From Candidatus Melainabacteria bacterium 17Bon1m (GTDB lineage Bacteria; Cyanobacteriota; Vampirovibrionia; Obscuribacterales; Obscuribacteraceae): 64,000 bases of DNA. Shown piece after piece: positions 30,757 to 39,116 of this stretch; within the stretch, counting starts at the first letter, position 1; every line of letters begins with the position of its first letter. The DNA lies in contig JAVLKG010000004.1 of NCBI GenBank assembly GCA_032128875.1, positions 384,001 to 448,000 of the forward strand, read 5' to 3'. A program made the translations under genes and the position numbers. The notes under the pieces were generated by a model. That model saw nothing but the letters and a program-made list of their open reading frames with translations, had not been told where the DNA came from and did not search any database.

Positions 30757-31174
30757 AGTTGTGGCTCCGCCCGTGGTTTCATTTTACCAGTGCGATTGTT
30801 GAACTCTCCGTCTGCGGGCTATGAAGCAATCAACTCGTTTCTTGGCGGCTCAAAGATTGCCGAGGGTGCAACCACAGGCGATGCTAACAAATGCCCCAAT
30901 ACAGAGGAAGCGAAGTGCCTCTAAGAAATAAATAAAAGGTTGCCCGCGCACCGTCTGCCTCTCTGCCGGAATACCGCCGAACGAGGGGGCCATAGCGAAG
31001 CCTGCCGAAGGCATCCGGTAGGACTTGGGCTTCGCTATGGGCGTTCTGTGGTAGGCTCACCGCCGGGCAGAATAGAAGGGGCTACCCTAGCTGACCTCCG
31101 GAGGCTGGAGTCGATCTAACCTACGCAGTACAATAGGAGAATAAGGTGGCTGCAGTAGCAGATAGGGTTCAGAG

Positions 31175-31630
31175 GTGATCAACAGAAGTCGGTGGCTTTC
31201 TTTCAGTCTCGGATTGATCAGCTGTCCCCTGCTGATGTACGGTTGCTGCGCTTTCGGTCCTGTGGCTGGACATAGCGTGGTTCTGCAGAAAGCAGTATCC
31301 CCTGAAGGCAAATATGTTGCTTCTGTGGTGACTTGGAGTCAAGGCGCATTGGGCCGTCACAGGGACTGGGTCACTGTCGATCGAGTATCAGACAGAGCCG
31401 ATCCGCGTTCTAACGGTCACGTCGTTTACGCTCAAGAGGATAGCTGTGGTGAATCCATCAAATGGAAGGGCGTCAACAGACTTCTAATCACTTACCAAAT
31501 TTCAGTCGGTGGCATCAATCGTCCGCAGTATGTTACACAGTCGAATACGACCAAAGACGGTAGCGTCGCCATTGAGTATGCGATTGGAGATCCCTGGCAA
31601 GAAAGGGAGCAGCAGCAGCATGGTCAGTAG
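31175..31630 (+). CDS. Hypothetical lipoprotein-like protein
   Basis: Hydrophobic leader ending YGC; SPEGKYVASV...IKWKG..RLLITY. Confidence 0.65.
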   Translation: MINRSRWLSFSLGLISCPLLMYGCCAFGPVAGHSVVLQKAVSPEGKYVASVVTWSQGALGRHRDWVTVDRVSDRADPRSNGHVVYAQEDSCGESIKWKGVNRLLITYQISVGGINRPQYVTQSNTTKDGSVAIEYAIGDPWQEREQQQHGQ

Positions 31631-32117
31631 AATTAGCTGGACTTGGCATTGGGGTTCCTTCGGTGCGGGACTGCTTTTGTCACTCGTGCTGGTAATTGCT
31701 TGGGGCGTTATGAGGGCGTACCAGAGCTACGATCTGGCGAAAGCCACTATCTCAAAACTCCAGGAAAAGTTGACGCCCGATGGCAAGCTAAAAGCTTTGG
31801 TTTTCCGTGAAGAGGCAAATGGATTTGACCCAAGAGAGCTTGTGGTAGTCGTCCAAGCATCTCACGACTTTCGTCCCAAAGGTGTTATGAGCAAATCTCT
31901 GGCTGATAGCAACGAACCCGATCTGTGCTGTTTTATCTTGGGTCGAGCAGACGTGGAAATCAAATGGAAACAGAATAACCGATTGCTTGTTTTATACTCC
32001 TTAGATCGCGAAAGGACAACGATTATCCAGAGGCAGCAAGCGCCCAACGTGGAGAACGTGGAGTTGGAGTATGGATCGCTAGTGCGGGCAAGTCGTTCCT
32101 ACGGTTGTTACGACTAG
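31620..32117 (+). CDS. Membrane-anchored paralog of preceding gene
   Basis: TM then TPDGKLKALVF...IKWKQ..RLLVLY. Confidence 0.65.
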   Translation: MVSRISWTWHWGSFGAGLLLSLVLVIAWGVMRAYQSYDLAKATISKLQEKLTPDGKLKALVFREEANGFDPRELVVVVQASHDFRPKGVMSKSLADSNEPDLCCFILGRADVEIKWKQNNRLLVLYSLDRERTTIIQRQQAPNVENVELEYGSLVRASRSYGCYD

Positions 32118-32154
32118 ACCGTCCGCTGTCTACTTATCGACTGCGGTTATTACC

Positions 32155-32651
32155 TTGAAAAACATCCACGAACGCCTCACGGAATTGCTCAATGAGCCTG
32201 ATGACGGGTCCTCTCTTTCGCGCGTGGTTGGAGGACATTAACGAAGAGCCTGATATTGAGACTGCCGGACCAGCAGATGAGGAATTGCTTCTGTACTTCT
32301 TTCGACAGCACGGAATCCGTCTCAAAGCACTGGCAGACAAAGGACTTCCACGGCGGGTTTTCCAAATCGCACTATATATCTACTCTAGCGAAGCAGAAAG
32401 GAGGCTATTGCAGTGCTTATTCTGGTGAGCTTCCTTACAATGTTAAATCAGGAGACTCGATTGATGTGGTTAAGAGAAAATTTGATGTCGCTGGCAACAA
32501 GCCAATGGTCACACGATATTTAGATACCACCTCAGTAACTAAATTCCGTTATGGTCTGTGTCCACTGCAAATCAGTTTTTCTTTCAAAAGTGCCGATGGT
32601 AAGATGCATAGTGTCAATCTGACCGATTTTAGCAAGCGGTCTGAAACATGA
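32155..32651 (+). pseudogene. Frameshifted immunity-like hypothetical gene
   Basis: Three frames join by removing one G (~32207) and one A (~32397): ..LLNEPDDGPLFRAWL..EAEGGYCSAYSGELPY.. Confidence 0.5.
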
Positions 32652-32675
32652 CGGCAAATATCGGTCGGCTCTCAG

Positions 32676-33194
32676 GTGAATTTGGATGATATTGGATCTA
32701 TGAAGATCGACGATTGGAAACATGCTAGCCGTTCAAATGGCGCAAATTATCACATCTATTGCAAGGATGAAATTCTCGTTCTCCATGCTGCTCAGCCATC
32801 AGACCTTCACGATATGGGCGCCGTTAAACAGTTGGCATCACCGACCCTATGCCGAGGGAATCGAATTCGATTTCAAGCAGAAGTGGCGACGAAAGATACT
32901 GACGGCGCCGGACTTTGGCTTACCGCCAGTCACCGAGATTGGCACTTAACCGATGGCATGTACGACCGGTTAATCAAAGGTACTTCAGATTGGCAACCAA
33001 TAGCATTGGTGATTGATGTTCCAGCTGACACTACCTACATCAGTTTCGGTGTGTGGATGACGGGCAACGGCGAATGTCGGATTAGAAATCCAAAATTCGA
33101 TCTTGTTGACGAAGCAGTGCCAGTGACCGCAAGCAAAGTTTGGGATCAGGTTGCTTCAAGTCGTTGGGTCGAGCGCCCAGACTTCGAAACATAA
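32676..33194 (+). CDS. Hypothetical beta-sandwich protein
   Basis: AGLW...DGMYDRLIKGTSDW...IDVP...ISFG...G.G motif. Confidence 0.65.
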   Translation: MNLDDIGSMKIDDWKHASRSNGANYHIYCKDEILVLHAAQPSDLHDMGAVKQLASPTLCRGNRIRFQAEVATKDTDGAGLWLTASHRDWHLTDGMYDRLIKGTSDWQPIALVIDVPADTTYISFGVWMTGNGECRIRNPKFDLVDEAVPVTASKVWDQVASSRWVERPDFET

Positions 33195-33490
33195 AAACTG
33201 ATGAACCCCCGACCTACGGTTTACGAAGTCATCAGCCTCAATCCTTCTTTCTGGGTGTCACCGAATATGGTGTGTTGCGCGTAATCTAAATCTTTTTCTT
33301 AAAGTGAAATCAAGCACTTTTTGCCGGTCAACCCTTTGGTTCTGGCGGCTGTGGCCCCTTTATTTTCATTGATTTTGTTGGAGTTGAACCGTTTTCTAAA
33401 GTTCCACATATGGGCCACCTTAACCCCCTGCCTCACCCAATAAAATGCTGTGAATGTCTCTGAAAAGCGTATGAGTAACAGCTGTAATAT

Positions 33491-33564
33491 CCCGCCCTGT
33501 AGGACTCGAACCTACGACCTCTTGGTTCGAAGCCAAGCACTCTATCCAGCTGAGCTAAGGGCGG
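33491..33564 (-). tRNA. tRNA-Arg(TCG)
   Basis: CCGCCCT/AGGGCGG acceptor stem, CTTGG-CTTCGAA-CCAAG anticodon arm, GGTTCGAGTCC; CCA not encoded. Confidence 0.96.
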
Positions 33565-33732
33565 ATGATGCGGGATTTATTCCTCGAACTCACTAATGCT
33601 AGCCGTCCGGGGCTCAAGAGTCAAGAAAAATCGGCTTTCCCTCGTTTGGTGGGCATCTTTGGTTAATTAGATTCGAGAGTGAAAGCTTACATTTGAACGT
33701 TTTTTTAAATCCGTTCTTTCCTTTGTCGATTT

Positions 33733-33765
33733 AAGGCGTGCCACCATAAACGGTGGCACACCTTT
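33733..33765 (+). terminator. Strong hairpin, possible terminator
   Basis: AAGGCGTGCCACC-ATAAAC-GGTGGCACACCTTT. Confidence 0.45.
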
Positions 33766-34019
33766 GTACCTCTTCGAATTTTAGGCGGCAACACATGTGG
33801 CGCCCGCCTTAACCAATTTAGGTATGCGGTCATTTCATTAAGCATTCTTGTTAAATTGATTCATTCTTCAAAGCCAGTCTCCAGGTGCTTTTTAGAGCAC
33901 GTGCATCGAATTAATGTTCGGAATGAAACTTTTGGTTCGTTTTTCGCTCTTACAAAGTTACCAACTGAGCAGACGTTAGTGACAGTGCGAGTAGTCATTT
34001 ATCCGCTCGAGGAGAACGA

Positions 34020-34499
34020 ATGGATGACATTGAGCGCATGCTTGCTGAAAGCGAACAAGCTCGTCAAAAGTTGCGTCAGCAGCTTGAAGAGACAGAGCTT
34101 AGGTTCCAATCTTTGAAGCGAACTGTGGACAGCATTTGCAGTAGAGAAAATGATGTCGAACAGCGCGAGAATCAGGTCTCCATGCGAGAAGAGGAAATAT
34201 CAAAGCGCACGTCAGATCAAGATGCTCGTGAGATATTAATAGCTCGCCGTCAAGATCAGCAAGATATGCGGAACGAGCAGCAAGATCAGCGCGAAGAACG
34301 ACAAGATATGCGCGAAGATTCACAAGATCGCAGAGAGCAGCGACTCAATCGTCGAGAGCTGTGGCTAGATGGTCAACGGCAGCCAGATCGTCCATCGAAT
34401 CTGTCTGGTGATGGTCTGCAGCGTGGTCTGTCATCTAGGAAGGATGGCAACAACCGTGGCAGCAATGGCGGAAACGGCCGAGCCAGTCGCACACAGTGA
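34020..34499 (+). CDS. Coiled-coil protein with QDxRE heptad repeats
   Basis: GAGGAG SD; repeats QDQREERQDMREDSQDRRE. Confidence 0.75.
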   Translation: MDDIERMLAESEQARQKLRQQLEETELRFQSLKRTVDSICSRENDVEQRENQVSMREEEISKRTSDQDAREILIARRQDQQDMRNEQQDQREERQDMREDSQDRREQRLNRRELWLDGQRQPDRPSNLSGDGLQRGLSSRKDGNNRGSNGGNGRASRTQ

Positions 34500-34790
34500 C
34501 GGGAATTTAACTCACTTCAATGTTTCCGAGTAAGCAGAAGCCTCGCTGACTGTCGCGAGCGGATTTAGCGACTTGAGTCGCGAGGCTTTGCTCATCAGCG
34601 GTTGCTTCTCCCGCCTACCTTGTAATACGTAAAACGCACAAAGAAGGTTCAATGGGCATGAGCGTTTGAAGATTAAACTCGCTTCATTTTTTTTGCGTAG
34701 CTGAGACTAAATCTCGTCGAAAAAACACCGTTAACCGTCTTTTTTCTAGCATTAACATTCGTCATGTTTTTTACAGCTTGAAAACCGACT

Positions 34791-35819
34791 TCAGGAAGCC
34801 GGGTTGCCCGAAGCGAGCGATGTCGTCCTCAGATAAAGGAGTATTTCGAGCATGATCACGTCCATGCGAGTGACTGTTGATCGCAGTTGATGCAGCATCG
34901 CAGTCCGGTCTTCGATCAGCTCAGCCGTGACGCGGTAATTCTGAGTAGAACTGTTTAGCAGTCGCTCTCTGCGCTCACCCATCGCCTTTGGTTTCCTTCG
35001 ATGGATGTGGTGATGTGATATGCAAAGTCCGTTCTGATTCCATTCGTTGACGAGCTTTTCTCTGCGTGTTTCTGCGTTTGGGCGCTGAGACGACGGCGCA
35101 TTCAAAAACTTCCAAACGCAAGCAGGATAGGCTGCCGATGGACCTTTCTGAGGTTCAAACAAGCGTGCCAAAATGTTGGGAATACCCTTCTCGATGCGTT
35201 TTTCACCTTGCTGTTCACGCAATGACATAAGCGCTAATGCTGTTTGAACGGCGCCTTCGACAGTATCGATGGTGTCATAAGCAACATGGTGAACATCTGC
35301 AAGCTGAAGTCCGCCACCAATAATGCCGGTGATACCGCCGCTAATCAAATCTCCGTAAGTATTGAGTTTGAGCGCACGGTCTCTGCGAGCCGCAATCATC
35401 GCGTTGATCGAGTCGGCCTTTGCGATTTCTTCTTCAAGAAAATGGACGAAAGTACGCACATCTTGCGTCACTACCATCACGTTCACAATGAGATTTTGGC
35501 GCGCTTCCAGATAATCTGCGCTGGTCAACTTACCTGCTTCCCTCTGTTGTCGCAAACTATCAACGACTACAAGGGAATCCCACAGCCCAAGTGCCTTTGC
35601 GGTTGATTGCGCTTCGGCAGAAAGGGTGTCAAGGGAGTGCGGTGGCGAACTCTCATCAGGCGCTTTTTCACTTGGATCTTCTGACAAAACTGGCGCCTTT
35701 CCAGATTGCGCAATCTGCTTTTTCGCCTCCAGAGCGAAAACGGGGGGCGCAATACAGGCAAGGCTGACCATCAAGGTGAGCCCGAGCGCCATTGCTGGTT
35801 TTTTAGATCGGTTAAACAC
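34791..35819 (-). CDS. Secreted helical hypothetical protein
   Basis: Signal peptide, 342 aa. Confidence 0.7.
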   Translation of the reverse strand: MFNRSKKPAMALGLTLMVSLACIAPPVFALEAKKQIAQSGKAPVLSEDPSEKAPDESSPPHSLDTLSAEAQSTAKALGLWDSLVVVDSLRQQREAGKLTSADYLEARQNLIVNVMVVTQDVRTFVHFLEEEIAKADSINAMIAARRDRALKLNTYGDLISGGITGIIGGGLQLADVHHVAYDTIDTVEGAVQTALALMSLREQQGEKRIEKGIPNILARLFEPQKGPSAAYPACVWKFLNAPSSQRPNAETRREKLVNEWNQNGLCISHHHIHRRKPKAMGERRERLLNSSTQNYRVTAELIEDRTAMLHQLRSTVTRMDVIMLEILLYLRTTSLASGNPAS

Positions 35820-35964
35820 TCAGTAAGTTTGCGGAAAGTTCTCTCAAACGCTTGATGCTATGAGCCTTTGAGCCACCTGTCAACTTTTATTTCTATCATC
35901 CCGCCGCCTTCTGTGCCCTTTCGAACTAAGGCAGGTTGCCGAGTATTCGGTTAAAATCAAGCGC

Positions 35965-36747
35965 ATGTGCGGACGCTATACCCTATACCACTCTTCAAAT
36001 GAAATCGTGGACCGATTCCGGACCATGCAGGTCGAGTTCGATCTGGAGCAGCGTTTCAATATTGCGCCTACTCAACTGGTTGCTGTTGTTTCTGAGAAGG
36101 CTGAAGGTGGAGAGACTCTGAGAAGACTTGAGCCCGTGAAATGGGGCTTGGTGCCGTTTTGGGTCAAAGACATCAAGACTTTCAAACCCTTCTTCAATAC
36201 TCGGGTTGAGACTATCGCTGAAAAGCCTTCATTCAAAGCCGCTTTTACTCGCCGCCGCTGCATAATTCCATGCGATGGATTTTACGAGTGGAAGAAAACC
36301 GAAGACGGCAAGGTGCCAATGTTTATCACGCTAAAGGACGGCGGCACATTTGGCATGGCTGGTATTTATGAAACCTGGAGTTCGCCTGATGGCGGTGATT
36401 TGACGACATGCTCGATTATCACGGTGCCTGCGAACAATTTCATGTCAGACATTCACGACCGTATGCCCGCGATCATCAGGCGCGAAGACGAAGATTTCTG
36501 GCTGAATCCTATGGAAGTTAACAACGAACAGTTGCTCAGAGTTCTCAAACCCTATGATGATGCGGAAATGAAAGCGCACCCTGTCTCGTCCATGGTCAAT
36601 TCACCACGAACAGATTCGGTTCGTCTAATCGAAGAGTGCACCATAGAACAAGCATTAGAAAAACCTGTTTCAGCGACGCGAGCCAAAGCTACTGCCAAAA
36701 AGCGTGAAAATAATTTGGTTGATACTGGGCAATTGAAGCTGTTCTAA
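35965..36747 (+). CDS. SOS response-associated peptidase (SRAP/YedK/HMCES family)
   Basis: N-terminal MCGRY, FNIAP, DGFYEW, IHDRMP. Confidence 0.96.
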   Translation: MCGRYTLYHSSNEIVDRFRTMQVEFDLEQRFNIAPTQLVAVVSEKAEGGETLRRLEPVKWGLVPFWVKDIKTFKPFFNTRVETIAEKPSFKAAFTRRRCIIPCDGFYEWKKTEDGKVPMFITLKDGGTFGMAGIYETWSSPDGGDLTTCSIITVPANNFMSDIHDRMPAIIRREDEDFWLNPMEVNNEQLLRVLKPYDDAEMKAHPVSSMVNSPRTDSVRLIEECTIEQALEKPVSATRAKATAKKRENNLVDTGQLKLF

Positions 36748-36775
36748 TGACGGATGAAATCCGTCGGCGCTAGTA

Positions 36776-37183
36776 TTGCCGCGGTCGAGTGTGAGGAATC
36801 CCAGAGTGAGAATGACGTCCGGAGTGTTGCTGTTTAACCGCAAGCACAACGCCTTGCACGTTTTGCTCGTCTATAACGGCAATAGCTGGAGTATTCCCAA
36901 AGGCGGCATGGAACGCCACGAATCTCGCCGCAAGGCTGCCATTCGTGAATTGGAAGAAGAGACTTCCATCAAAGCACCAAAGAAGCTTGAAGAAATTGGT
37001 TATGTTGATAGAGCGCCGTTCGAGCGTCTGTATTGTTTTGTTGGTGAGGGCAAAGGTAAGCCAAAACCCGCTGATGATGCCGAAATCGCAGATTTCTATC
37101 CACTTAGTCAGGCGAAAAAACTGATAGCAAAGTATCAGCTGCCGCTTCTCGAAATTCTAGGCGCGTTAGAAAACAACTTGTAA
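36776..37183 (+). CDS. NUDIX hydrolase
   Basis: WSIPKGG...AAIRELEEET Nudix box; start may be later. Confidence 0.88.
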   Translation: MPRSSVRNPRVRMTSGVLLFNRKHNALHVLLVYNGNSWSIPKGGMERHESRRKAAIRELEEETSIKAPKKLEEIGYVDRAPFERLYCFVGEGKGKPKPADDAEIADFYPLSQAKKLIAKYQLPLLEILGALENNL

Positions 37184-37222
37184 TTGCGTTACGTAGGGCA
37201 GCCGCATGCTGCTCCATGACAG

Positions 37223-37240
37223 GGAGGCGTATACGCCTCC
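37223..37240. terminator. Perfect palindrome between convergent genes
   Basis: GGAGGCGTATACGCCTCC followed by TTT. Confidence 0.55.
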
Positions 37241-37249
37241 TTTACGCGT

Positions 37250-39106
37250 TTATTCTATTTGCAGTTTGAACACTACCGGCGATGTTGTCGCCGTTTTGCG
37301 TTTTGAATCGGAAACTATGAATGAAACAGGATAGAGCCCCGGTTTTACCTTATTGGTGTCAAAGGTTATGCGAAAACCGCTGCGCAACAGCTTTTGACGG
37401 CCTAATCCTTTGGAAAGAACTTCAGTTTGTTCGCCGCTCATTCCCTGCATCACGTATTTGTCTCCCAGATTGCAGCAAATATCGGCGGGCGGTCGTGCGT
37501 TTTTCACATCCATCGCCCAACCGCCGAGAATAAAACGAGGGCAGGTTTTGCGATCAATAATGTATGTGTTGCCCTCGTGAGGGCATGGTGTCATGACGGT
37601 GCACTGAAACACCTGGTCCTTAGAATTTGGTAAAGACCTCAGCGGTGCTCGGTCTTCCGAAAAAACACTCCATCGTCGATTTTCCATATCCTTAAGCGTG
37701 GGGATGAGATTTTCTACGTCTGTGTATATTTGCCTCAGGTCATCGTTGTGTTGTTGCTTAAAGGAAAGCATCAAGTATTTGGTGTGTAACTGTTGGTCTT
37801 TGGTGAGTTCGCCAAGTGCGATTGAGTTGGCGAGCCCCGATATGTAGCCTGTGGCAGCCAGAGCAATCGAGAGAATCAGCACAGTCATTCTGAGCCACTT
37901 CAACGAAGTCTGGTCTGAAATTGCAATTAAGTAAGCACCGATAAAATTGAGATTGCTCAACAAGATGTATCGAGGAGCAGTCGCAATAATGCAGGTAAGG
38001 TCATAGGCTTCGCATCGCACCACTGCAATAATTGCTGTTGCGATTGTGGAAAATAGGACAAACGAGGCGCCGAAAAAGAGTAGGTTGGTTTTTCCATTTT
38101 CTCCCTCTGAAACCGGTGTTTGTAGAGTTCTTCGATGTTTGATATTGACGAAGGACAATATGCATGCAGCTGCGATCAACACTAAATGGAAAGAGCCGGT
38201 CACAGGTACGAAGTATCCGTGAATCGCGCTGCCTAAAAGAGTGAGAAAGAAGGTCCCTTTGTGCAGGAGTAGATATGCTGTGTCGTTGACTAGCGTGCTA
38301 TCTGCTCCAAGCGCTATCTTCAGTATCCTGGATGTTTGTGAAGACGCGCCTGGAGCCGTAAAGAAGAGTGTTGCGGCAACGAGAGTCGCAATGGTCCAAA
38401 GTAAGAAGGCGTGTTTCCACTTTGATAATTGAGAGAAAATCGAATCCGAATTATTATTTTGACTTGAATTGCTTACCGAAATTGCTTTTGCTGTAATCGT
38501 TTCAAAGCCTACCAACCAGGCAAGAAAACCGGATGAAAACCCGCCGAATGTTGAACCAAACGCCGCAGTAGCTGCCAGAAGAAGTCCTTTTCGATCTTTC
38601 GAGTCTTGCAGATTCGAAAGCAAATAAAAGCTTGCAATGGCGAACATGAGCGACAGAGTTGCAGTCAGCATAAAACCAAAGAGAAACGATTCCGAGTCTC
38701 GAAGTGAAAAGAGGCACATCGCGGCAACAAGTCCGCATAGTAATACTTTTGTCCGTGACATATGTGCGCGCGCAACCGCAGCCATTATGATTCCGAGACT
38801 CACGAGTTGGCAGAGCCAGCTCGTATACATAAGCGCCATGCTGCTGTAGCTTGTTACGGAGCCGATTGCGTACATCAACAAAACTGCGATCGCGGCACGA
38901 TGTTCATTGTGCGGCTGCATTATTAAGGTATAGTCGAACTTGCCTTGCGCCAGCTTCTCGAATCGCTGCATAAACTCGATGTCGTCAGGGATAAACGCAT
39001 CGACTGCAAAGGTCCTGATAAACCAAAGGGCAATCAAAGGCGGTATGCACGCGAGTAGACCGTAGAGGATCAGCTCGAGCTTTTGACGTAGATTCAAACC
39101 GGACAC
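37250..39106 (-). CDS. Polytopic membrane protein, possible GT-C glycosyltransferase
   Basis: ~12 TM segments, early DD and HNEHR motif, RY motif, C-terminal Ig-like domain. Confidence 0.65.
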   Translation of the reverse strand: MSGLNLRQKLELILYGLLACIPPLIALWFIRTFAVDAFIPDDIEFMQRFEKLAQGKFDYTLIMQPHNEHRAAIAVLLMYAIGSVTSYSSMALMYTSWLCQLVSLGIIMAAVARAHMSRTKVLLCGLVAAMCLFSLRDSESFLFGFMLTATLSLMFAIASFYLLSNLQDSKDRKGLLLAATAAFGSTFGGFSSGFLAWLVGFETITAKAISVSNSSQNNNSDSIFSQLSKWKHAFLLWTIATLVAATLFFTAPGASSQTSRILKIALGADSTLVNDTAYLLLHKGTFFLTLLGSAIHGYFVPVTGSFHLVLIAAACILSFVNIKHRRTLQTPVSEGENGKTNLLFFGASFVLFSTIATAIIAVVRCEAYDLTCIIATAPRYILLSNLNFIGAYLIAISDQTSLKWLRMTVLILSIALAATGYISGLANSIALGELTKDQQLHTKYLMLSFKQQHNDDLRQIYTDVENLIPTLKDMENRRWSVFSEDRAPLRSLPNSKDQVFQCTVMTPCPHEGNTYIIDRKTCPRFILGGWAMDVKNARPPADICCNLGDKYVMQGMSGEQTEVLSKGLGRQKLLRSGFRITFDTNKVKPGLYPVSFIVSDSKRKTATTSPVVFKLQIE

Positions 39107-39116
39107 CCTGATTTGG

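Noticed and set aside
30790-31090. Group II intron (GTGCG start)
   Set aside because: No domain V and no reverse transcriptase ORF
31112-31172. attC-like site
   Set aside because: Right end GTTCAGA does not fit GTTRRRY; no similar sites between other genes; no integrase
33185-33235. Hammerhead (CGAAAC...CTGATGA)
   Set aside because: Only 7 nt between the motifs, so no room for stems
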